A stretch of DNA of 64,000 bases, taken from Bacteroidota bacterium. GTDB lineage: Bacteria > Bacteroidota > Bacteroidia > NS11-12g > UBA955. The DNA lies in the NCBI GenBank assembly GCA_016787485.1, contig JAEUUL010000028.1, positions 7,490 to 71,489 on the forward strand. The letters run 5' to 3'. Numbering within the stretch: position 1 is the first letter of the stretch; each line of letters starts with the position of its first letter. The notes under the pieces are model-generated. The model had not been told where the DNA came from. It was given only the letters and a program-made list of their open reading frames with translations, and searched no databases. The translations under genes were made by a program, and so were the position numbers. This document shows, in pieces, positions 20,094 to 28,941 of the stretch.

Positions 20094-20843
20094 ATGAAAC
20101 AGAAAGACGCATTTATTTACGGAATTCACCCTGTGCTGGAAGCCCTGGAAGCAGGCAAAACCATAGATAAGGTGTGGATGCAGGAAGGCATTGCTGGCGG
20201 ACCTTTGCAGGAAATCAGGCAGGAGTTGCGCAAACGCAATGTGCTGTGGAAGCAGGTGCCTGTAGAAAAACTCAATTCTCTGGTCCGTGGAAATCATCAG
20301 GGTGTGGTGATTGCCGTTTCAGCGGTAGATTTTGCCCGGTTGGAGGATGTTGTCGCCTCGGTATTTGAAAAAGGTGAAGACCCGTTTATTCTTGTACTTG
20401 ACGGTGTAACCGATGTGCGCAACTTTGGAGCCATCGCCCGCACTGCGGCCTGTGCGGGGGTACACGCCCTGCTTGTCCCCGAAAAGGGTGGTGCGGCTAT
20501 CAATAGTGATGCGGTTAAAACCTCTGCCGGTGCGCTGTTCCATATTCCGGTTTGCCGCACAAACAGTATGTATAACAGCCTGAAAATGCTGAGAAACTCG
20601 GGATTGCGGATTGTGGGTGCCAGTGAAAAGGGAAGTACAGATTTTTATCAGTCAGATTTCAGCGGTCCTGTGGCAGTTGTAATGGGTGGTGAGGAATCCG
20701 GCTTGACCACAGAAGTCTGGAAATTGTGCGATATGCATTTCCGTATCCCTATTGCAAAAGGAGGAGTAGACAGCCTGAATGTATCGGTTGCCGCCGGACT
20801 TGCGATGTATGAAGTGGTAAGACAGCGCCTGGCTCAGGGCTGA
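20094..20843 (+). CDS. rlmB: 23S rRNA (guanosine-2'-O-)-methyltransferase, SpoU/TrmH family.
   Basis: 249 aa. SpoU motifs ...LVLDGVTDVRNFGAIARTAACAG... and ...VVMGGEESGL... Confidence 0.85.
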   Translation: MKQKDAFIYGIHPVLEALEAGKTIDKVWMQEGIAGGPLQEIRQELRKRNVLWKQVPVEKLNSLVRGNHQGVVIAVSAVDFARLEDVVASVFEKGEDPFILVLDGVTDVRNFGAIARTAACAGVHALLVPEKGGAAINSDAVKTSAGALFHIPVCRTNSMYNSLKMLRNSGLRIVGASEKGSTDFYQSDFSGPVAVVMGGEESGLTTEVWKLCDMHFRIPIAKGGVDSLNVSVAAGLAMYEVVRQRLAQG

Positions 20844-22447
20844 GATGGTATCAGTAGGGAATAAATTTCACCTTTTTGGGTAGCCAATCGCAGCACCACA
20901 AGACTTAACCGGGCATCAACAGGAATCCGGTATTCCCCGGCAGGAAGAAAAGCGGAACTGAACAGGACTCTGCCGCTTAGATCCACCAGTTCCAGCTGTG
21001 TAAATTGATTCTTTGACAATGCGAAGAGTTGAAGTGTGCCAGCGGACAGGTGATAGCGCAGTGTATTCGGCAAAGCCAAATCCCGGATAGATTCTGTTTC
21101 GTTTAGCCTTACGTGCGAAAAAGATGCACCCGATGACAGGGGTGAGCCACCTTGCAACACAAATTGCGGGCTGGTATATTGGTATGGGTTTGCCAGTTTT
21201 AAGTCTTTGGGACTGTTGAATGTTGCATTGGCGCGGGTTGCATCTGTGATCCAGCCGGCAAAGTCAAACGCCTGCATAATCATGGATACCTTTCCGGTGG
21301 TATCAGCCATTTTAATCTTATTGCCGGCAAAAACAGAATTTTGCAAAAAGATTTTCCCATCTTTCATCTGGTTGCCACAGCCTGGCCCATCCAGCATAAT
21401 ACCTCTTGGATATCCGGCAATGGCGGAGTTAAACAGTGCCATTCTTCCGTTCCTGCGCAGATGGATTCCATACCGGTAATTGCTGCTATAGGGTGTAGTA
21501 AGTGAAGTCAGCGGGCCCAGAAGGGTGAGGTTGCTAAAGGTTGGATCCGTCATGGGGCTTGCAGCTGTAGCCAGGCCATCGTTTTGGACTTCAAGACTGC
21601 TGGCACCGGTTGCGTTTGCTTTGCTTGAGTCGCGCAATACAACACCAAACTGAAACATGCCGCGGCAGCCAAGGTCGCAGGCAATATCGGAATCATAGGT
21701 GCGGTGTGTTATAAAATGCCTGATTTTGGGAACTCCGCCACTCAGTTTCAGGGCATCATTGCCACAAAAACTCACCTGCAGGTAGTCGATTTTGGTGCGG
21801 GAGCCCACTCCGGCGAGAGTAACGCCATTGATTTCCTTATCGGGCTGATATTGAATTCCCGGAAATTCGACGCGTACATACTTCAACACACCGCTGCTGT
21901 CTTCGTCATCGTTTCCGCCATACAATCCATCTCCCTGGGTGTTGTTGATGCCTGCCCCCACATCGGCAGTTCCGCCGGCTGCATTGATCCGGGCATTCCC
22001 AAGTATCACCAGCCCCCCCCAGTCGCCATAATTGCGCGAACCGGCAGACTGTGATGAAGTAAAAACAATGGGCAGTGCAGCAGTCCCTTCGGCTATGATT
22101 TTGCTTCCACGGGTAATGATGAGGGTGGAAGTACTTATGTCTTCACATCGGATGATGGTTCCGGGTTCTATGGTAAGTGTCGCACCGTTTTTTACATACA
22201 CATACCCTTTGAGCAGGTAGGTATTGGAGGCAGTCCAGGTGGTATGTCCGGTGATACTGCCCTGTACGGTTATTGTGCTTGCCGGATAGCTGGTATTTCT
22301 CGGATTCCAGTTTGTCCAGGTCTGTGTCCAGTCAGTGGCACCAAAGGCCCCTTTGTAGGTAGTCATCTGGAAGAAACCCTGGCTCCGGGCTACATGCATG
22401 CCACTACAGCAAAGCAGCCAGCACACGGTTTTGGGTATCCATTTCAT
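20834..22447 (-). CDS. Secreted Gly/Thr-rich beta-helix-like protein with a T9SS type-A C-terminal sorting domain.
   Basis: Signal peptide MKWIPKTVCWLLCCSGMHVARSQ. C-terminus ...ELVDLSGRVLFSSAFLPAGEYRIPVDARLSLVVLRL... is a T9SS type-A CTD. Only a 2-bp gap separates it from the upstream TonB-dependent receptor. Its 3' end overlaps rlmB convergently by 10 bp. Confidence 0.78.
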   Translation of the reverse strand: MKWIPKTVCWLLCCSGMHVARSQGFFQMTTYKGAFGATDWTQTWTNWNPRNTSYPASTITVQGSITGHTTWTASNTYLLKGYVYVKNGATLTIEPGTIIRCEDISTSTLIITRGSKIIAEGTAALPIVFTSSQSAGSRNYGDWGGLVILGNARINAAGGTADVGAGINNTQGDGLYGGNDDEDSSGVLKYVRVEFPGIQYQPDKEINGVTLAGVGSRTKIDYLQVSFCGNDALKLSGGVPKIRHFITHRTYDSDIACDLGCRGMFQFGVVLRDSSKANATGASSLEVQNDGLATAASPMTDPTFSNLTLLGPLTSLTTPYSSNYRYGIHLRRNGRMALFNSAIAGYPRGIMLDGPGCGNQMKDGKIFLQNSVFAGNKIKMADTTGKVSMIMQAFDFAGWITDATRANATFNSPKDLKLANPYQYTSPQFVLQGGSPLSSGASFSHVRLNETESIRDLALPNTLRYHLSAGTLQLFALSKNQFTQLELVDLSGRVLFSSAFLPAGEYRIPVDARLSLVVLRLATQKGEIYSLLIPSQP

Positions 22448-22449
22448 GG

Positions 22450-25221
22450 TCAGTTGATTCTGTAAGTAAACGAAGTTATGACCATTGGCGCGGTTTTCAT
22501 TCTGTTTACAACCAAATCTTTTCCCGAATAGCTCTGTTTACTGTCCTTATTTTGATACAGTACATAATTCTGGGCCAGCAAATCACCCAGATTCAACTTC
22601 AATTCTGCCCGTCTGCCAAAGGATTTGGCCAATTGCACATCCAGAACATTTCTGGCTTTCAGGTAAAAATCTGGATAGTTCACTGTGCCTACTGCTGTCA
22701 TTCTGGGTCCTACCACATTGTAGTTGACACTGAATGAATATCCTGTGCGGCGGCTGTTGTACTGCAATCCTACATTCGCCATATACGGAGCCTGTCCCTG
22801 CAGGGGACGAACATTGCCATTCACATTCACTTCGGAAAATATCACTGAAGCATTGCCATAGGCCTGAAAACTGCGAAGGGTAGCAGCCAGTTTTTGCAGT
22901 TTCATTCTGAACTCAGCCTCAGCTCCATACACTACGGCTTCCCGGGCATTCCGGAAAGTGACCATACGGTTGCCATCCTGCATTACCGGGTTTACAATCT
23001 GCTCTATCGGATTCTTAAAGTTTTTGATAAATGCACCTACTGAAAAACTTTGACCGTCTCCCGGAAAAGTCTCATACCGGAAATCGAAATTCTGGATGGT
23101 TCCGCTTTGCAAACTGTCATATCCCGTCACGGAAACAAAATTCACAAAGTCAAAATAACTGAAGGGCGAAATCTCCCGGAAATCAGGTCGGGAAACCGTA
23201 CCCGCATATGCAAAACGAATATTGGTTCTGTTGGAAACGAGCAGCGTGATGCCTGCGCTGGGAAGAAGATTCAGGTTGCTGATTTCAGGTTGAATGGCAC
23301 CAACGGCCGGATCGATACTACCGGGTCGGTGCGTTTTCATTTTCTGGGTGAATTGTTCTACACGCAGCCCACCGGTAATGCGGAAAAACCGGTCAATGAT
23401 ATTGTCAGCCATGAGGTAGGCGGCATGCAAAGCCGAATTTCCTGTGTAGGTGTAACTGAGGTCGTAAATGTCGTCGTACCTGAAGCCATCACCACCCATG
23501 TTCTCAGGCCTGAAAATAAGGGATGGACCAAGTCTTTTCAGGCTATCGGGAACGCTGAATCCATGTTCTACCACGCTTAAAATCCGGGCAGAAAATTCCC
23601 GAGACTTTAATTGATGAAATCCACCCAATTTGATATCACTTTTAAAATTATCCTTAAAAATGGATTTGATAAAGTTCCAGGCTCCAAATTGCACATTTTC
23701 GTTCATGCGGGTATACATTTTACCGGCATTTTCAAAACTACGCCCTGCTGTAAGTGCAGCAGTCAGCGGCAATGAAGGATCTGCAGAGGGACGCACATAC
23801 AGCAACCTGCGATAATCCGGCGTATTGCGGAAAACGTTTTGTATGCCTCCGGTCCACGTGAATTTTACACCTGTTTTCTTGAAAAAATGATCGCCTGACA
23901 ATTGGGTGCTGAAAAAATAATTCTGTAAATAATTCAATGAATATGCTTTCTGAAAAGTACCGCTTTCAAAATTGGTTCCTTCCCGAATATTGTTTTCTTC
24001 GTCTGTATTGTTGCTGAAAAAATTGCGCCAGGCCAGTTTATTCTGTTTGTTCAATTTGGTGGTGAAATTGGCCAGCACACCCCACAATACATTGTTCGTA
24101 AACTGTCTGTCCTTGTATTCCCTGGTTTTTCCTACAGTATTGTATTCGTTCCGGTCTATGTCATTGATCCGGCTCAAACTGGAATAGGACACAGCGAACA
24201 ATCCTCCGGATTCTTTGCCCCCCAGCAGAAACCTGGATGAATTGGAATATTGAAATTGCAAGCCGGGCGTGATCACGCGTGATACCGTGCCCCAGTCATT
24301 TTCTAATTTCTTTGAGTAATCTGCACGTTCGCTTTTCAGCAGCGACATATAGTCAAGGCTGTTGGGCATGCCTGCCGGAAGTGCCCTGCTTCCTGTACCC
24401 AGGCCAACCGCATCACCACCCTTGTTGGTTTGCCATTCCGCTTTTCTGCCTATGCTGTTGGTATAACCTCCAAACCCTATGGTTACCGTTTGGATATTCT
24501 CATCGGGCACGTCGCGGGTGTTCAGCCGGATAACAGCACCTGCAAACTCACCGGGCTGTTCCGGGGTAGCCGATTTTACCACCAGAATATTGTCCAGCAA
24601 TCCGGAGGGAATAACATCAAAAGAAAATGCTTTTTTGTCCGGCAAGGTACTTGGCAATGGCACGCCATTCAACATGCTCATATTGTATCGGTCAGCCAGA
24701 CCCCGTACAACCGGGAATTTGTTGTCCTGCAGGGTGATACCGCTGATACGCCTCAGACTTTCTGCTGTGTTCCTGTCTGGGGTGCGTTTTATGGCTTCCT
24801 GACTGATTCCATCCATGATAGAGGGTGAACTTTTTCGTTCAATAGCTACCCCGGCAGCGTTATCCCGTCTGGGTTTTTTGGCAGTGATAATAACGCCGGT
24901 CAATGCCTTAACACTGTCATACATGCTGATGGTGATGACCGTTATTTCGTTTACCGATACGCGCAAAACAGGAATAAAGGTGGTGATATGGCTTACTTCA
25001 CGCAGTTCCAGAGAATAGATACCCGGTTTCAATCCACTGAACAGAAAACGGCCTTCTACATCTGTATAATCTGTGCGGTTGCCGGGTTTGATGATTACCT
25101 GAACCCCTATCAGTTCCCTTCCGGTAACCGCATCTGTAACAGTGCCCGCCACACCGCCCACCTGTGCCTTCAGTGCGGCAAATGCTATCAGGAACACAAT
25201 CAGCAGGGAATTTTTTCGCAT
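22450..25221 (-). CDS. TonB-dependent receptor, SusC-like, with a carboxypeptidase-regulatory-like N-terminal domain.
   Basis: Start MRKNSLLIVFLIAFAALKAQ. N-terminal GTVTDAVTGREL...TDVEGRFLF matches a CarboxypepD_reg domain. A plug region (ITAKKPRRDNAAG...VVRGL) is followed by a beta-barrel; total 923 aa. Confidence 0.88.
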   Translation of the reverse strand: MRKNSLLIVFLIAFAALKAQVGGVAGTVTDAVTGRELIGVQVIIKPGNRTDYTDVEGRFLFSGLKPGIYSLELREVSHITTFIPVLRVSVNEITVITISMYDSVKALTGVIITAKKPRRDNAAGVAIERKSSPSIMDGISQEAIKRTPDRNTAESLRRISGITLQDNKFPVVRGLADRYNMSMLNGVPLPSTLPDKKAFSFDVIPSGLLDNILVVKSATPEQPGEFAGAVIRLNTRDVPDENIQTVTIGFGGYTNSIGRKAEWQTNKGGDAVGLGTGSRALPAGMPNSLDYMSLLKSERADYSKKLENDWGTVSRVITPGLQFQYSNSSRFLLGGKESGGLFAVSYSSLSRINDIDRNEYNTVGKTREYKDRQFTNNVLWGVLANFTTKLNKQNKLAWRNFFSNNTDEENNIREGTNFESGTFQKAYSLNYLQNYFFSTQLSGDHFFKKTGVKFTWTGGIQNVFRNTPDYRRLLYVRPSADPSLPLTAALTAGRSFENAGKMYTRMNENVQFGAWNFIKSIFKDNFKSDIKLGGFHQLKSREFSARILSVVEHGFSVPDSLKRLGPSLIFRPENMGGDGFRYDDIYDLSYTYTGNSALHAAYLMADNIIDRFFRITGGLRVEQFTQKMKTHRPGSIDPAVGAIQPEISNLNLLPSAGITLLVSNRTNIRFAYAGTVSRPDFREISPFSYFDFVNFVSVTGYDSLQSGTIQNFDFRYETFPGDGQSFSVGAFIKNFKNPIEQIVNPVMQDGNRMVTFRNAREAVVYGAEAEFRMKLQKLAATLRSFQAYGNASVIFSEVNVNGNVRPLQGQAPYMANVGLQYNSRRTGYSFSVNYNVVGPRMTAVGTVNYPDFYLKARNVLDVQLAKSFGRRAELKLNLGDLLAQNYVLYQNKDSKQSYSGKDLVVNRMKTAPMVITSFTYRIN

Positions 25222-25439
25222 ACCTCCAATGGTTAAAATCGTTGCAATATCTGTATTATTTATGGCAGTTTGACATATAAGTTATCCCACGTTTATACGG
25301 TGTATGGATTTTCACATTTACACTGGATTTCAGCAGCCTGGCTGGCTCTGTATTGACCAGTACCCGCTATCCTCCGGTGGTTTTGGCATGTGTGTCATCC
25401 TTCCGGAGTTTTCCTCCTGCTTTCACCCTTCCTTTTGCC

Positions 25440-25447
25440 TATCTTTG
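25440..25447 (+). promoter_or_regulatory. Bacteroidota -7 promoter element (TAnnTTTG) for the degT-ugd-uxs operon.
   Basis: TATCTTTG lies 19 bp upstream of the chosen ATG at 25466. Confidence 0.4.
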
Positions 25448-25465
25448 CACCTCTTTTTTCACCCC

Positions 25466-26599
25466 ATGCGCCCTATACAAATGGTAGATCTCAGGAGCCA
25501 GTATCTCAGGCTTAAAGCCGGCATAGATCAGGCTATTCAGGGTGTTCTGCTGTCTACCGAATTTATCAACGGTTCGGAGACAAAGGCGTTCGAGAAAGAA
25601 TTGTCGGATTATACGGGCTCTGCATTTACCATAGGCTGTGCAAACGGAACCGATGCCCTGCAACTGGCTTTGCTGGCACTTGACTTACCTCCGGGAGCAG
25701 AAGTGATTACACCCAGTTTCAGCTATGCTGCCCTGGCAGAAATGATTCTGCTTTGTGGGTATAAGCCGGTATTTGTAGAGGTTAATCCGCGCACGTTTAC
25801 CATGGATCCTGCTGCACTGGTAGCGGCAATTACACCCGCTACCAAAGTGATAGCCCCTGTGCATCTGTATGGTCAGTGCGCCGATATGGAATCCATTCTT
25901 CACATAGCTTCGAAATTTAATTTATACGTCATAGAAGATACAGCGCAAGCCATCGGAGCCAGGTATACTTTTTCCAATGGCACCGTGAAAACAGCAGGAA
26001 CCATGGGGCATATAGGTACTACTTCCTTTTTTCCCAGCAAGAATCTGGGCTGTTACGGAGACGGTGGCGCGGTGTTTACACAGGAAGAAACTCTGGCACG
26101 CAAACTCCGTATGCTGGCAAACCATGGGCAGAGGGTGAAATACACACATGAAATTGTGGGTATGAACTCGAGGCTCGACTCACTGCAAGCTGCCATTTTA
26201 CGTGTGAAGTTGCAGAACCTGGATGCTTTTACCAAAGCAAGAAACGAGGTGGCAGATGCTTATGACGAAGCGTTTTCCCATGTTGAGGGGGTGTTGGTGC
26301 CCGCCCGTCAGGTTGGCAGTAGCCATGTGTTTCATCAGTATACACTCACCTTTGGCTCAGCAGAAATCCGCAATGATGTGAAAGATGCACTTTCTGCCAA
26401 CGGCATACCCAGTATGATCTATTACCCGGTGCCGCTGCACAGACAAGAGGCCTACCGGCAGGAAGTGTCAATGCCACTTACCGAAGACCTTACTGAACGG
26501 GTCTTATCCCTACCCATCCACACAGAAATGGATGCAGAACAAATCGGATTCATCGTTTCAACACTGAAACAAAGCATAGAACAAACAATCAAACAATGA
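25466..26599 (+). CDS. DegT/DnrJ/EryC1/StrS-family PLP-dependent nucleotide-sugar aminotransferase.
   Basis: ...TIGCANGTDALQLAL..., ...TSFFPSKNLGCYGDGGAVF..., ...LANHGQ...MNSRLD... are typical of WecE/ArnB/PglE-type aminotransferases. The stop overlaps the ugd start (ATGA). Confidence 0.88.
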   Translation: MRPIQMVDLRSQYLRLKAGIDQAIQGVLLSTEFINGSETKAFEKELSDYTGSAFTIGCANGTDALQLALLALDLPPGAEVITPSFSYAALAEMILLCGYKPVFVEVNPRTFTMDPAALVAAITPATKVIAPVHLYGQCADMESILHIASKFNLYVIEDTAQAIGARYTFSNGTVKTAGTMGHIGTTSFFPSKNLGCYGDGGAVFTQEETLARKLRMLANHGQRVKYTHEIVGMNSRLDSLQAAILRVKLQNLDAFTKARNEVADAYDEAFSHVEGVLVPARQVGSSHVFHQYTLTFGSAEIRNDVKDALSANGIPSMIYYPVPLHRQEAYRQEVSMPLTEDLTERVLSLPIHTEMDAEQIGFIVSTLKQSIEQTIKQ

Positions 26600-27906
26600 A
26601 AATTGCACTTATAGGAACGGGCTATGTGGGCCTGGTAAGCGGAACCTGCTTTGCAGAAACCGGCAATGATGTCGTGTGTGTCGACATCGATCAGGACAAA
26701 GTATCCCGGCTGTCTGCCGGACAAATAACCATTTATGAACCCGGACTGGAAATACTGTTCAAGCGAAACCTGAAGGAAGGAAGATTGCGTTTCACCACCA
26801 GTTTGCAGGAAGCAGTTGACCATGCAACCATTATCTTTTTGGCTTTGCCCACCCCTCCGGGAGAAGATGGCAGTGCAGACCTGAGCTATGTGCTCAAAGT
26901 CGCCAGGGACCTGGGAAACATCATGACCGGATACAGGATTATTGTGGATAAAAGCACAGTTCCTGTTGGTACCGCAGATAAAGTTCACGCTGCAGTCCGC
27001 GAGAATTACAATGGTGAATTTGATGTGGTAAGCAACCCTGAGTTTTTGCGTGAAGGTGTGGCAGTAGACGATTTTATGAAACCCGACCGGGTTGTAATCG
27101 GGGTTGAAAGTGAACGTGCCCGCGAGTTGATGAATGAACTGTATGCGCCTTATGTAAGGCAGGGAAACCCCATTTTGTTTATGGATACCCGCAGCGCAGA
27201 ACTAACCAAATATGCCGCCAACAGTTTTCTGGCTACAAAGATTTCATTTATGAATGAAGTGGCAAGGTTGTGTGAACTGCTGGGAGCCGATGTTGATATG
27301 GTTCGCAAAGGCATCGGTTCCGATGACCGGATTGGCAAGCGGTTCCTTTTTCCCGGCATAGGGTACGGTGGCAGCTGTTTTCCGAAAGACGTGAAAGCAC
27401 TCATTCACAGTGCGTCTGAAGTGAAGTATGATTTTAAAATATTAAGAGCAGTAGAAGATGTGAATGCAGACCAGAAGAAAGTGCTCATTCCACGCATCAC
27501 CGCACGATTTGGCAACAATCTGGCCGGGAAAACAGCCGCTATCTGGGGCCTGGCTTTCAAACCCAATACGGATGACATCCGCGAAGCCCCGGCACTGGAA
27601 ATGATTGATGCCTTGCTGGCCATGGGTGCCACAGTAAGAGCATACGACCCCGAGGCTATGACTAATGTGCAACGCATATATGGAGATAAAGTGCAGTTCT
27701 GCGAAACGCAGTACGATGCCTGCCAGGGTGCCGACTTTCTGGTTATTGCCACCGAGTGGCCCGAATTCCGCACACCCGATTTCGACAAGCTGGACAAAGC
27801 GCTGAACAACAAAGTCGTTTTCGATGGACGGAATGTTTTTGAAACTGAAACCATGCGCCGTCATGGTTACCATTATTACAGCATTGGAAGAGAGGAAGTG
27901 GCATGA
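26596..27906 (+). CDS. ugd: UDP-glucose 6-dehydrogenase (nucleotide-sugar dehydrogenase family).
   Basis: N-terminal Rossmann motif GTGYVG. Catalytic cysteine region GGSCFPKD. 436 aa. 4-bp overlap with the next gene. Confidence 0.88.
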   Translation: MKIALIGTGYVGLVSGTCFAETGNDVVCVDIDQDKVSRLSAGQITIYEPGLEILFKRNLKEGRLRFTTSLQEAVDHATIIFLALPTPPGEDGSADLSYVLKVARDLGNIMTGYRIIVDKSTVPVGTADKVHAAVRENYNGEFDVVSNPEFLREGVAVDDFMKPDRVVIGVESERARELMNELYAPYVRQGNPILFMDTRSAELTKYAANSFLATKISFMNEVARLCELLGADVDMVRKGIGSDDRIGKRFLFPGIGYGGSCFPKDVKALIHSASEVKYDFKILRAVEDVNADQKKVLIPRITARFGNNLAGKTAAIWGLAFKPNTDDIREAPALEMIDALLAMGATVRAYDPEAMTNVQRIYGDKVQFCETQYDACQGADFLVIATEWPEFRTPDFDKLDKALNNKVVFDGRNVFETETMRRHGYHYYSIGREEVA

Positions 27907-28895
27907 GCCGAGAAAGAGTTCTGATTACCGGTGCAGCCGGTTTTCTTGGTTCCCATCTCTGCGACCGGTTTATTCGTGAAGGATACCATGTCATTGGCAT
28001 GGACAACCTTATCACCGGTGATTTACGGAATATTGAACACCTGTTCAGCCTGGAACAATTTGAATTTTACAATCACGATGTTTCAAAATTTGTTCATGTT
28101 CCCGGTGAGTTAAAATATATTCTGCATTTTGCCAGCCCGGCCAGTCCCATTGATTATCTGAAGATACCCATTCAAACCCTTAAAGTAGGTTCATTGGGTA
28201 CCCATAATTTACTGGGTCTTGCACGCAGTAAAAAGGCGCGGATCCTGGTGGCAAGCACAAGCGAGGTTTACGGTGATCCAACCGTACATCCGCAAAACGA
28301 AGACTATTGGGGAAATGTGAACCCCATAGGTCCCCGCGGAGTATACGATGAAGCCAAACGCTTTCAGGAAGCCATTACTATGGCATATCATACCTACCAT
28401 GGTCTGAAAACCCGCATCGTTCGTATCTTTAATACCTATGGCCCACGTATGCGGCTGAATGATGGCAGGGTTTTGCCAGCCTTTATCGGTCAGGCTCTCC
28501 GGGGTGAAGACATCACCGTGTTTGGCGATGGAAGTCAGACCCGAAGTTTCTGTTATGTTGATGATTTGGTGGACGGCATTTACCGTTTGTTGCTGAGTGA
28601 TTATGCCTACCCGGTGAATGTGGGAAATCCGGATGAAATTACCATCTCGGATTTTGCTGAAGAAATTATCAAACTTACCGGTACATCACAGAAGGTGGTG
28701 TATAAACCACTTCCTGTAGACGACCCCAAACAGCGTCAGCCGGACATTGCCCGTGCGCGTGAAATTCTGGGCTGGAGCCCAAAGGTAAGCAGGGCTGAAG
28801 GGCTCGCAATTACTTACGACTATTTCAAGAGTCTGCCGCACGACAGACTTTATGATGAAGAATACCATAAAGATTTCAGCAAATTCAGCAAATAA
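27903..28895 (+). CDS. uxs: UDP-glucuronate decarboxylase (UDP-xylose synthase-like short-chain dehydrogenase).
   Basis: [15 protein letters not shown] (the YxxxK motif) and STSEVYG. 330 aa. Confidence 0.88.
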   Translation: MSRERVLITGAAGFLGSHLCDRFIREGYHVIGMDNLITGDLRNIEHLFSLEQFEFYNHDVSKFVHVPGELKYILHFASPASPIDYLKIPIQTLKVGSLGTHNLLGLARSKKARILVASTSEVYGDPTVHPQNEDYWGNVNPIGPRGVYDEAKRFQEAITMAYHTYHGLKTRIVRIFNTYGPRMRLNDGRVLPAFIGQALRGEDITVFGDGSQTRSFCYVDDLVDGIYRLLLSDYAYPVNVGNPDEITISDFAEEIIKLTGTSQKVVYKPLPVDDPKQRQPDIARAREILGWSPKVSRAEGLAITYDYFKSLPHDRLYDEEYHKDFSKFSK

Positions 28896-28898
28896 CAA

Positions 28899-28927
28899 AA
28901 AAGCACCGTTCAGGTGCTTTTTTGTTT
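28899..28927. terminator. Hairpin terminator between convergent genes.
   Basis: aagcacc gttcag ggtgctt followed by ttttgtttt. Sits between the uxs stop and the stop of the giant minus-strand gene. Confidence 0.6.
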
Positions 28928-28941
28928 TCAATTAACCCGCG

